DNA of 64,000 nucleotides from a virus (IMGVR_UViG_3300003324_000465:32001-96000), one strand, 5' to 3'; shown: positions 50,246 through 59,031, counted from the stretch's first letter. Program-made: numbers and translations. The notes: generated by a model from the letters alone, not told the origin.

Positions 50246-52805
50246 AGGCGATATAGCACTATTAGAAGTTATAGAAGATCCCGTTTGGCTAGGAGAGTTT
50301 CTTAGAAGTACAAATGATGGCGAAGTTGATAAAAAACTATGGCCTGCTAATAGATGGACATATAGAGATTATCAAAGACAGTTCTTGACTGATCAATACG
50401 CCTTTATTTTATATACTGGCGGTAGAAGCATTGGCAAGTGCTCTCCTGGCGGCTCAAGGATATATACAACACAAGGTTATCGCAAACTTAGTGATGTAGC
50501 ACAAGATAAAGCCTTTATTGCCTATACCTTTACTCCTGATATGTTACTAGAACAGCGTAGGGCTGTATGTGTATTAGACAAAAGGGATAAAGCTTATTCT
50601 ATACGTACAGAAGCGGGTCATGAATTTATTGGTACGAATAATCATCCTATTTTAACACCAGAAGGTTATAAGCTTATACGCGATCTTAATGTAGATGATT
50701 ATGTAGCAATCGCTACACATTTACCGCATGAAAGTACTCAAAGGGCATTTAGATGGCATGAATTGAGGATTTTTGGTTATATATCTTTAATAAAAGGATT
50801 TACTGTAGAGCAGCCCATAATACCACGATGGTCTTCAATAGGTAAAGAATTTGAATATATTGCAGATCAGTTGTTATTAAATTGGCATAAATCTATAGAA
50901 ACAGGAGCATATACATTTATACGGAAACTTGGAGGAAATTTTCCACATCCGTTAACATCTTTATTGAGACAAATAAGACAAGCTGAGAATTTGAAGCGTT
51001 ATGGTGTTATAAAACGTATACCTGATATTATAAAAGCTGAATGCCTTGAGAATATACAGATAATGCTTGAGTCTATGTTTTCACAGCATGCGGTACTATC
51101 ACAGAATAGCGTAATATTAAAAACATATTCAAGATTATTTGCACAAGACATACAAGAGCTACTTCTGAGATTTGGTATTGAATCTTCAATAAAACATACT
51201 ACTGTATCTTTATTAGATACCCGCGCTATTTATAAATTCTATACAACATTTAATTTACCCGGTATTGGTATAGGTAGATTAAAAGAACCATCAGCAATAA
51301 CACAACTAACGCCATTTATGCGCTTTGATCGTATTGTGCATAAATATCAAAGTCGTGTAGATGTACAAACATATGCAGTACATGTCTATGAGCATAATAA
51401 CTATATTGGTGATAATTTTTTTGTACATAATTCAGTTGTACTAGAAGATAAAATTGTACATGAGATTGTTAATGCTGATATCGAATTTCCGCCGGAAGAT
51501 CGCGAGTCAGTATTAGTTACACCTAATCAAGCGCAAATGACGCCGTTACTAGGTAAATTAAATGGTAGGTTTAATTCAAGTAAATTTTTGCGCAGTTATT
51601 TAGGTAAGGTTAATCGATCAGATGGTATTATGGAATTTCCAATCCAAGGAAAAAGTAGTAAACCTATGATATTTAATTTTCGTATTGCAGGAAGTAACGG
51701 GGAGCGCAATATGGTTGGCTTGCACATACCTAAAATACGTGCAGATGAGACACAATTATTCCCTCTATTAGCATGGACTCAGCTTATGCCTGCATTAAAT
51801 ACATGGCAAAAAGAAAAACAAATTGTTGCTGCTGGTGTACATAATGGTTTACGTAATAGTGTTTTATATTTGCTCGATTATCAAACACCGAAATATAAAA
51901 AATATAGAATACCGAGTCATAATAATCCATACTATACATACGAAGATGATATAGATAACATACGTAAATATGGTGGAGAGCAAGATGATCGTTATCAAAA
52001 CCTTGTATTAGGAAGGCCAGGAGCGGCTGCATTTCAAGTTATACCACGAGAAAGCATTATAACTGAAACATTTGCGTTTTCGCGGCAAGTATATAATTCA
52101 GGACATGTAAATAAAGGTATTAATTACGATGATGTACTACAAAGACCGTCACTACCAGAAGATACACAAACTGTTGTTATAGCTATAGATCCTGGATTTG
52201 TTGATCCCACCATTATACAAGTCATTGCGCGAGATAAAAAAGGTATATGGCGTACATATATACGTTATAGACTAATACGAATTGATTTTAATCAACAACA
52301 AAAAATTATTGATTGGGTAGCACACTATTATAATGCTGCGATAATAACAATAGATATTGGTGCTGGCGGTCAAGGTCCTTCTATAATGCATAATCTTATG
52401 CATGGAGATGAATATAAATCACGTAAATATGAATCACGCATGATAGGTGTTCAATTCAGTGAGCAAATAATATCAGGCTATGATGAAGAAGGTGAAGAAA
52501 TAAAGCAAGATACCAAAGGTTATGCAGCTAATGAATTAGCAAAAATAGTACAAGAAGGGCGTTTAATATTTAGCGAATTTGATCACGAAGGTGTATCGCA
52601 GCTTGAAAGGATAGCAAAACAAAAATCAACATCTGGCAAGGATAGATATTTTGTTTTAAATGATAAAGGTGCTGGCGCTGATGAGGAAGATCATATTTTT
52701 GCATCTTACATAACATTTGTTATGGCTATTAGGAATATTGTTACTAATCCACAATTGAAAAAACTAGGATCGCCTTCTAGCGCGATCACATATAATAAAG
52801 AATGA
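50220..52805 (+). CDS. terL: Terminase large subunit (intein-containing)
   Basis: GGRSIGK|S Walker A split by an intein, ADE Walker B, IDPGFVDPT RNase H nuclease motif; followed by portal. Confidence 0.9.
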   Translation: MALQQKLDEGDIALLEVIEDPVWLGEFLRSTNDGEVDKKLWPANRWTYRDYQRQFLTDQYAFILYTGGRSIGKCSPGGSRIYTTQGYRKLSDVAQDKAFIAYTFTPDMLLEQRRAVCVLDKRDKAYSIRTEAGHEFIGTNNHPILTPEGYKLIRDLNVDDYVAIATHLPHESTQRAFRWHELRIFGYISLIKGFTVEQPIIPRWSSIGKEFEYIADQLLLNWHKSIETGAYTFIRKLGGNFPHPLTSLLRQIRQAENLKRYGVIKRIPDIIKAECLENIQIMLESMFSQHAVLSQNSVILKTYSRLFAQDIQELLLRFGIESSIKHTTVSLLDTRAIYKFYTTFNLPGIGIGRLKEPSAITQLTPFMRFDRIVHKYQSRVDVQTYAVHVYEHNNYIGDNFFVHNSVVLEDKIVHEIVNADIEFPPEDRESVLVTPNQAQMTPLLGKLNGRFNSSKFLRSYLGKVNRSDGIMEFPIQGKSSKPMIFNFRIAGSNGERNMVGLHIPKIRADETQLFPLLAWTQLMPALNTWQKEKQIVAAGVHNGLRNSVLYLLDYQTPKYKKYRIPSHNNPYYTYEDDIDNIRKYGGEQDDRYQNLVLGRPGAAAFQVIPRESIITETFAFSRQVYNSGHVNKGINYDDVLQRPSLPEDTQTVVIAIDPGFVDPTIIQVIARDKKGIWRTYIRYRLIRIDFNQQQKIIDWVAHYYNAAIITIDIGAGGQGPSIMHNLMHGDEYKSRKYESRMIGVQFSEQIISGYDEEGEEIKQDTKGYAANELAKIVQEGRLIFSEFDHEGVSQLERIAKQKSTSGKDRYFVLNDKGAGADEEDHIFASYITFVMAIRNIVTNPQLKKLGSPSSAITYNKE
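50439..51431 (+). mobile_element. Intein (331 aa) in the TerL Walker A motif
   Basis: Begins CSPGGS, block B GTNNHPILT, ends FFVHN followed by Ser; internal LAGLIDADG-like remnant (DIQELLLRFGI). Confidence 0.92.
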
Positions 52806-54304
52806 CAGAATTAAAATTAGGAAAAGCACAATCTAACTATTCATACATGGATCAAACAAATCCATTATATAATAGTGGGCGAAAAATAATACCCGGTTAT
52901 TATGATGGATCTCAGAAATTAGGAGATTATCATAAAGACATTAAAACATGCAGATGGTTTTATACATTTGACCCTATTGCTGGAACAGTAATAAATAGAA
53001 TGGCTGATATGTCACTTACACAGATAAGAAACCGAAGAAAAACAAAATTTAATACTGATGGTGTTGACGATACTATACAAGCATTTTATGATGCTATAAT
53101 AGATAAATTGCGGCCATTTATTAAAATGATGGCATTAGAGTATCTGTTACATGGCATGGCTGTACCAGAGTATACTTATGAAAGAATACGCGGCGATTTA
53201 TTATCAGAGAGATTAGGAAGGAAAAGATATACTATACCCACAAAGTTTTGGATACGTAACCCAGATAATATACAATTAAAGCGTAGACCGATGGGAACTG
53301 ATCGTCAAGTATGGCTTATCATTCCAAAAGATGATATAGATTTAATCATGGGTAAAGGTATACGATCAGATGGAACACAAGATAAAGAAGCATATCAGTT
53401 TCTTGTAGATAATTTTCCTGACTATGTTAGAGCAGTTCTTAATGGCGCGACTAAATTTTTACTAGAAGACGCACGCCCGATTATGCGCAAAATCGTATCA
53501 TATGAAGATTATCCCGCTCCATTCTTGCGTAATGCTTTAAGTGCTTTACAACATAAAGCATATTTAAAAACAATGGATAAATCTATAGCTTCGCGTGCTA
53601 TTGAAGCTATAAGATTGTTTAAAACCGGAGATAAAGATCATCCTGCCGATAATGACGATATTAAAGCACTGGAACTCCAAGTAACACAGAATAGTAGCTC
53701 AGGTGAAAGGGTACTTAATTTATTCACAAATCATACGGTTACTGGAGAATGGATTTTCCCTCCATTAGAAACATTAATGAGTGAGGAGAAATATGCAGAA
53801 CCTAATGCAGATATTTTCTTAGCTATGGGATTTCCTAGAATATTAACAACAGGTGAAACATTACGTAGTAATAGTAGCGACAGTAAAATAGCCTCATTAG
53901 GTCCAAAAGCAACGTTAGATGATTTAAGAGATGCTATTATCGTATGGCTGAAACAGTTATATGCAGAAATAGCAGATAAAAATAATTTAACACGTATACC
54001 AGAACCTTATTTTAGTCCTATTGCCACAAGTGATTATACTGCGTTAGTACAGTTTGCCATTCAAGCATTGCAAGCTGGTGCTATTAGTAAAGACACAGTT
54101 GCGCAGTTATATAGCTCTGATTATGAAACAGAAGCAGATCAGATCGAAGCAGAAATTGAGCGCGGTGTACCATCTCCTGCTGAATTACAAATGCAGAAGC
54201 AGCAAGAATTTACAAGAGAAACAACACAACAAGCACAAGAATTTCAAGCAAAACAATCTGATAAACAGTTACAGCATGATAAACAGATTAGAAAAGGTGA
54301 ATAA
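52802..54304 (+). CDS. Portal protein
   Basis: 500 aa directly after TerL; FYTFDPIAGTVINRMAD pattern. Confidence 0.8.
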   Translation: MTELKLGKAQSNYSYMDQTNPLYNSGRKIIPGYYDGSQKLGDYHKDIKTCRWFYTFDPIAGTVINRMADMSLTQIRNRRKTKFNTDGVDDTIQAFYDAIIDKLRPFIKMMALEYLLHGMAVPEYTYERIRGDLLSERLGRKRYTIPTKFWIRNPDNIQLKRRPMGTDRQVWLIIPKDDIDLIMGKGIRSDGTQDKEAYQFLVDNFPDYVRAVLNGATKFLLEDARPIMRKIVSYEDYPAPFLRNALSALQHKAYLKTMDKSIASRAIEAIRLFKTGDKDHPADNDDIKALELQVTQNSSSGERVLNLFTNHTVTGEWIFPPLETLMSEEKYAEPNADIFLAMGFPRILTTGETLRSNSSDSKIASLGPKATLDDLRDAIIVWLKQLYAEIADKNNLTRIPEPYFSPIATSDYTALVQFAIQALQAGAISKDTVAQLYSSDYETEADQIEAEIERGVPSPAELQMQKQQEFTRETTQQAQEFQAKQSDKQLQHDKQIRKGE

Positions 54305-54306
54305 TC

Positions 54307-55092
54307 ATGTCATATGAAGATATAAAACATTGGAATACGCCAGAAGAATTTAATACATATCTTTTAACGCTAAAACCTCCTAAATGGTTTAAGATTATAA
54401 TTAATCATCATACATATGAACCTACTGTAGATGACTGGCGCGGGTTATCTACAATGAAAGGTATGCTTAATTATTATAAGAATAAAAAGAAATGGGACAG
54501 GTTTCCTCATTTATTTGTAGCGCCCGATGGTATCTGGCAAATGAATAAACTTAATGAAACAGGTATACATGCAAATGCAGCAAATTCTATATCTATTGGC
54601 GTTGAAGTTGTAGGTAATTACGATAAACAAGTATGGCAAGAGCCAATACGTACATTTGCATTTAAAACAAACGCTTATTTAGCTAAATGGGGTAATATAT
54701 CTTTACAGAACATATTACCTCATAGACAATATAACCCATTAAAATCATGCCCTGGAAGAGCTATAGACATGAATTGGGTACGCCAGGGAACAGCAACATA
54801 TTTACATACGGATTTGACTATGCGTAGATTCAAAGCACGTAATTCATTACCAGATGGTACGATAATAGGATATGTAAATATACGTCAAGCTCCTAATCAA
54901 TATGCGTTAAAAGCTGGCAAAATATATCCCGGCGATATTATAGAAACAATTGCTATAAAAGATGATGAGCGTAAAGAAACTATATACGGTAAAACACAAT
55001 GGTTACATATAACACATGGTGTGAATGCACGAAATGAAGATGTAAGTAATAGCGGATTTGCACACATAAGTCTTTTTGAGGAAATTACATGA
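54307..55092 (+). CDS. Endolysin: N-acetylmuramoyl-L-alanine amidase (Amidase_2) with SH3-like C-terminus
   Basis: INHHT, PHLFV, GIHA, SIGVEVVG, HR....KSCPG; VNIRQAP. Confidence 0.88.
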   Translation: MSYEDIKHWNTPEEFNTYLLTLKPPKWFKIIINHHTYEPTVDDWRGLSTMKGMLNYYKNKKKWDRFPHLFVAPDGIWQMNKLNETGIHANAANSISIGVEVVGNYDKQVWQEPIRTFAFKTNAYLAKWGNISLQNILPHRQYNPLKSCPGRAIDMNWVRQGTATYLHTDLTMRRFKARNSLPDGTIIGYVNIRQAPNQYALKAGKIYPGDIIETIAIKDDERKETIYGKTQWLHITHGVNARNEDVSNSGFAHISLFEEIT

Positions 55093-55445
55093 AAAGTCTC
55101 GTAAAGTTCTACACATTCTTACATGACAGAGATGCAAGAATAGTAGAACTTTTCTTTTTAGGTCTTAATACATATATACTTGCACTCATCATATTACCAC
55201 CATATACATATTTTGGATGGCCTTTATATTCGCGGGCAATATTTCAAAGTATTGTTGTACTATTAAATATATTAGCATTGATACAAAGAATAAAACGTGC
55301 GCGTGTTATAAGCTCAGTAGCTAATGCGTCAATAATGATATTTGTGGCAGCATCATTATTCAGAAATAGCAATCCTAATGCAGGTACATATGCACTATTA
55401 GCATTATTGGCAATATTTGTAACCTGGAAAATCAATATAAAATAA
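55089..55445 (+). CDS. Multi-TM membrane protein (lysis cassette)
   Basis: About four hydrophobic helices, coupled to the endolysin gene. Confidence 0.6.
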   Translation: MKSLVKFYTFLHDRDARIVELFFLGLNTYILALIILPPYTYFGWPLYSRAIFQSIVVLLNILALIQRIKRARVISSVANASIMIFVAASLFRNSNPNAGTYALLALLAIFVTWKINIK

Positions 55446-55451
55446 TACAAT

Positions 55452-55832
55452 ATGTTAAACCAATACCTACCAGTTATATCAGCGATCATTGTAGCAATCA
55501 TTACTTTTGTAGGTAATTATTACATAAATCGTTTAAAAACAACAGTTGACACAAAAACACTTGCCACGAATGCAAATGATGCTTTGCGTGATGATCTACT
55601 ACAGATTGTAGATCGTTACGAAAAGAGGGAACAATTTCTTACTGATCGTGTAGATAAACTTACTGATCGTGTCGATAAAAGCGAAGCGACGAAAGAAGAA
55701 CTACATGAAGTTATTAGAAAATTACGAGATGAGATAATTGCTTTGCGTACAGAAAATCAAAGTTTACGCAATGAATTACAACAGACACGTTTAGAGCTTG
55801 AAAAATTCGAGCGTATGATTAAAGAAAAATAG
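55452..55832 (+). CDS. N-terminal TM plus coiled-coil protein (holin/spanin-like)
   Basis: Hydrophobic N-terminus; LTDRVDK tandem repeat; heptads. Confidence 0.55.
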   Translation: MLNQYLPVISAIIVAIITFVGNYYINRLKTTVDTKTLATNANDALRDDLLQIVDRYEKREQFLTDRVDKLTDRVDKSEATKEELHEVIRKLRDEIIALRTENQSLRNELQQTRLELEKFERMIKEK

Positions 55833-55844
55833 AGAGGCACATGA

Positions 55845-56285
55845 ATGAATTTTACATTTACACCAGAAAATGCAAAACAGTTGTTAGCAATACTATCACC
55901 TATTGCAGTAATAATAGCTGGATATGTATTTACTAAAACCAATTGGAATAAGGTTGCTAAATCTGCGGTTGTTTTTGCAATATCAGCACTGTTAGCATCA
56001 TTAAATGCATACTCCAGCGGTAATCTTGTAGATAATTTCTGGACAAACCTTACACAGATATATACATTATCTCAGATAGGATTTTGGGTTCTATTAAAAG
56101 CTGCTGGATTAGAATCATATGTTGCGCCAAAGGATGCACTTATATCTAAAGCAAGTGATGAAGTAGCAAAACAAATTGACGCGAACGTATCTTCTGATAC
56201 AGCGCGGGCAATTCTTGATCCTGACAAGACTCCTGCATTAGATGTTAATGCTTTTGTAGTAAATCAGAAAACGGATATTGTATAA
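55845..56285 (+). CDS. Holin-like membrane protein
   Basis: Two to three TM segments, last gene of the lysis cassette. Confidence 0.55.
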   Translation: MNFTFTPENAKQLLAILSPIAVIIAGYVFTKTNWNKVAKSAVVFAISALLASLNAYSSGNLVDNFWTNLTQIYTLSQIGFWVLLKAAGLESYVAPKDALISKASDEVAKQIDANVSSDTARAILDPDKTPALDVNAFVVNQKTDIV

Positions 56286-56326
56286 TACATCTTAAGGTGT
56301 ATAAAATAAATACATCTTAAGAACTA

Positions 56327-56355
56327 TAGACAAAATCTCCACAGAGCTATATACT
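56327..56355 (+). promoter_or_regulatory. sigma70-type promoter
   Basis: TAGACA-17 bp-TATACT just upstream of a closed RNA module. Confidence 0.55.
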
Positions 56356-56362
56356 GCTAGAT

Positions 56363-56426
56363 GTCAGGGAGACATATGCTACGTCGGCACTCGTATATGA
56401 TGTCACGTTAAAGCCATCTCCCTGAC
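56363..56426 (+). ncRNA. Candidate small structured RNA
   Basis: GTCAGGGAGA/TCTCCCTGAC closing helix starting at the predicted +1. Confidence 0.4.
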
Positions 56427-56464
56427 TAACAATGAAAGGATCGTTCAAAACTACCTCCTTAAAA

Positions 56465-56522
56465 TCTTAACTAAGCCTTAACGAAATTGGTACTTGACAA
56501 CCTTCTGAAAGCGTGGTATGCT
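56465..56522 (+). promoter_or_regulatory. sigma70-type promoter of the tRNA array with TTAAC direct-repeat box
   Basis: CTTAAC-N5-CTTAAC-GAAATTG; TTGACA-17 bp-TATGCT with extended -10 TG. Confidence 0.75.
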
Positions 56523-56585
56523 TTCAGCAAGCAAGAAACATGACGACCAGAACAAATTAGGCTCGCAAGTTATCTTGCAAAATAT

Positions 56586-56657
56586 AGCGGCTGGTGTGGA
56601 AACCAAGAATGTCTCATAAGCAATCTAGCACAGGTTCAAATCCTGTAGCCGCTACCA
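56586..56657 (+). tRNA. tRNA-Met/Ile2 (CAT), atypical D arm
   Basis: AGCGGCT/AGCCGCT acceptor, CTCATAA loop, ACAGG-TTCAAAT-CCTGT T arm, CCA. Confidence 0.75.
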
Positions 56658-56720
56658 CAGTAACGTTTAATCATTACGACGTTACGCTACAAAATAAACA
56701 GTTTGGTGCATACGAGAAAC

Positions 56721-56812
56721 GGAATGCACACATGGGATGCCATGGTGTCGATTAGGCGTAAAAACCAAAGTGAGCGCTTAACATGCGAGTTCGAGTCTCG
56801 TGCATTCCACCA
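56721..56812 (+). tRNA. Atypical class II tRNA, probably Leu (TAA)
   Basis: GGAATGC/GCATTCC acceptor, canonical T arm, ACCA, long variable arm; extended D hairpin and irregular anticodon arm. Confidence 0.55.
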
Positions 56813-57009
56813 AAATATTTGACAAGTTCCATCAGTAAAAATACTGGCGCGCTTATTGATAACAGTTTACCGTATAAGATATATCTGAATACGGAACGTA
56901 TGTTGCAAGCGTAATACATGCACTTCACATTGAGCAATTGCATGACGTGAGATGTGATAGTATATGGACATGCAAAATAATTGTGAATCACATTATAGAA
57001 AGGTATATA

Positions 57010-57204
57010 ATGTTTAATTGGTATATTGCAATTATAGTTTTCATTAGTTTTCTAAATTTACTTTACATCCCGTTTGATCCTATTACTAAACGTTTAGCTT
57101 GGTGGGAAATTGTATTAAAATTTGTACTTGATGTACTAAGAGTAGCGGTTGTTTGGTCTATTATCTTTGCTTTTATAAAGCTTATGATGTGGGTATTTTC
57201 TTGA
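57010..57204 (+). CDS. Small membrane protein
   Basis: MFNWYIAII..., AAGG RBS, two TM helices. Confidence 0.6.
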   Translation: MFNWYIAIIVFISFLNLLYIPFDPITKRLAWWEIVLKFVLDVLRVAVVWSIIFAFIKLMMWVFS

Positions 57205-57211
57205 TGTATAT

Positions 57212-57296
57212 GCAAGTGTAGCGTAATTGGTAACGCATCACTCTGTAAAAGTGACACCTAAGGGCATTGTAGGTTCGAGTCCTATCACTTGCACCA
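57212..57296 (+). tRNA. tRNA-Tyr (GTA)
   Basis: Full cloverleaf, CTGTAAA loop, long variable arm, CCA. Confidence 0.92.
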
Positions 57297-57561
57297 CTGA
57301 TATAAAGTAAAACGGCTACAGAGTTATGTAGCACTTTATATCAAATCATTGGAATACTAGCTGCGAGTTACACGCGCCGTAACCTTGTATTCCATTTAAT
57401 CAGCGCGGTTTGTACGTTAAACGGATAAGGAGTTAAAGGAAACGTACATGTAGGTTTGTGTCGTTTATAATAAAGCGTAGGAGAGTGCGTATGGATTATA
57501 CTCGTTACTGATTTACATTTTATGCCGTGAATATTCTAGATAATTCCCGGCCCATTATTAT

Positions 57562-57635
57562 ACAGAATGAAGTGTAATGGTAGCACCCGTATTTTGGGAA
57601 TATGGAGAGCAGTTCGATTCTGACATTCTGTACCA
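57562..57635 (+). tRNA. tRNA-Pro (TGG)
   Basis: Cloverleaf, TTTGGGA loop, imperfect T stem, CCA. Confidence 0.8.
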
Positions 57636-57871
57636 TTAAATAACATAGGCTATGCCAGTGTGTACGCTTAAGCAACAATGCTTCTCTGAATCAAGCACAT
57701 GTGAGAAGATGTTATTTATATCAGTGAATATAATGTAAGCACTTATAAGAGTGATTCCTTATAAGATAGACGCGGGCAAAATATTCAAAAGACAAGATCA
57801 TAATAGATTAAAATTTATTTCATCTCTATTGTTTATTACGGATAATATCAATCTATTATGATCATCATTAT

Positions 57872-57946
57872 GCGTCAATGATGTAATTGGTAGCATATTG
57901 CTCTCCAAAAGCAAGCGTTAGGGTTCAAATCCTTATTGACGTGCCA
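57872..57946 (+). tRNA. tRNA-Trp (CCA)
   Basis: Cloverleaf, CTCCAAA loop, GCCA end. Confidence 0.92.
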
Positions 57947-58083
57947 TATATAATATAGCGGTTTATAGAATTACAACGCTTACCAAACACCAAGCTATAA
58001 TACGTTCGATTCGTATATGGGCTAATGGAAAACCTCTCGCAAGAGAACTGCCCACATATTCTATAAGATATTCGTATTATATA
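57947..58083 (+). ncRNA. Y RNA-like module 1
   Basis: Terminal helix, AGCGG / ATATTC internal loop, second helix, TACAACG; contains T arm ATACG-TTCGATT-CGTAT. Confidence 0.75.
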
Positions 58084-58096
58084 AAACAAACACATA

Positions 58097-58207
58097 TACT
58101 GTAGCGGGAAAAATGCAATACAACGTTTATTTGATTAATAAAACACACTACGTTCAAATCGTACACTTGGGTTGGTTATCCCTTTTTGCTTTTTCATATT
58201 CACAGTA
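58097..58207 (+). ncRNA. Y RNA-like module 2
   Basis: TACTGT-AGCGG...TACAACG...ATATTC-ACAGTA; anticodon-like hairpin plus T loop TTCAAAT. Confidence 0.75.
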
Positions 58208-58234
58208 ATTATAATATTTGCGGGCAATATTTAC

Positions 58235-58307
58235 GGAAACATGGTGTAAGCAGCATACATCTAGGAATAGATGAGGCGTAATGGGTTGGACTCCCACGTT
58301 TCCATCA
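58235..58307 (+). ncRNA. tRNA-like RNA with a GGAA tetraloop in place of the anticodon loop
   Basis: GGAAAC/GTTTCC acceptor, D-like arm, CATCTA-GGAA-TAGATG, TGGG-TTGGACT-CCCA; ends ATCA, no CCA. Confidence 0.55.
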
Positions 58308-58312
58308 CATAC

Positions 58313-58440
58313 AATACTATGTAGCGGAAAAATCCTTTACAACGAATAACATATGCCTTGTTAATGTGGTGATACACGTAAAAATATTCTGCGATGCGCT
58401 ACAGTTACGCATTATAGGATTTTTATATTCGCATAGCATT
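58313..58440 (+). ncRNA. Y RNA-like module 3
   Basis: CTATGT-AGCGG-AAAAATCCT...TACAACG...AGGATTTTT-ATATTC-GCATAG. Confidence 0.75.
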
Positions 58441-58504
58441 CAAAAGAAAAAAAAACATTATTAAATGGTTTTATCGACTTGCCAAATACAAGTATAATAT
58501 TTAA

Positions 58505-58647
58505 TTTTCTGTAGCGGATGTCAGCGATTACAACGCATTACGAGCGGGTGATTGTAGGTTCGAGTCCTACTGTCTGTACCATGTATACAGACATAGCTTA
58601 ATGGCAAAGCACCTAAAATATATCGCGGGCAATTATTCACAGAAGAA
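58505..58647 (+). ncRNA. Y RNA-like module 4 (YrlA-type) containing a circularly permuted tRNA-Val(TAC)
   Basis: Same scaffold; interior order anticodon loop - T arm - acceptor 3' strand+CCA - acceptor 5' strand - D arm. Confidence 0.85.
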
Positions 58648-58657
58648 CAATGATAAT

Positions 58658-58750
58658 AAGCTGCTACAGCGGAAATACAAGTACAACGAATATTTTTAGA
58701 CAAAATTAACCGTAAACACCTTGTATTTAATATCCGTAGCAGCTTTTTTT
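58658..58750 (+). ncRNA. Y RNA-like module 5 (minimal), ending in a U-tract
   Basis: AAGCTGCTAC-AGCGG-AAATACAAG-TACAACG...CTTGTATTT-AATATCC-GTAGCAGCTT followed by a T-run. Confidence 0.75.
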
Positions 58751-58787
58751 ATGATTCATCAGCCAAGTATTCAAGAAAGGATTTTTT

Positions 58788-58989
58788 ATGCTAGATTTTT
58801 TTAAAGCAACAGAAGAAAATGGTTTGCGTTTTACTTCATGATGGTGATTATATGTGGATAACTGAAAACGAAGCATTTTCAGGACAGCCTATTATTGCTA
58901 CTGCAGTAATGTATAGGAATCATCCCTTAAGTGATTGGCAATTTGATGAAGAAAGTATCGATATACTAGATTCTAAGTATACTAAATAA
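58788..58989 (+). pseudogene. Small ORF broken by a 1-nt frameshift in a T7 run
   Basis: RBS-ATG frame stops after about 17 codons; deleting one T gives MLDFLKQQKKMVCVLLHD...SKYTK. Confidence 0.4.
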
Positions 58990-59031
58990 TTCGCGGGCAA
59001 TTTATAAACCGTAGCAAAGGAATAAAATAAC

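Noticed and set aside
55638-55680. 21-bp tandem repeat as a regulatory element
   Set aside because: In-frame heptad duplication (LTDRVDK twice) within a coiled coil.
57947-58750. CRISPR array interpretation of the repeated AGCGG...TACAACG units
   Set aside because: The repeats are not identical direct repeats; conservation is structural (end-pairing with covariation), unit lengths vary and there is no cas operon.
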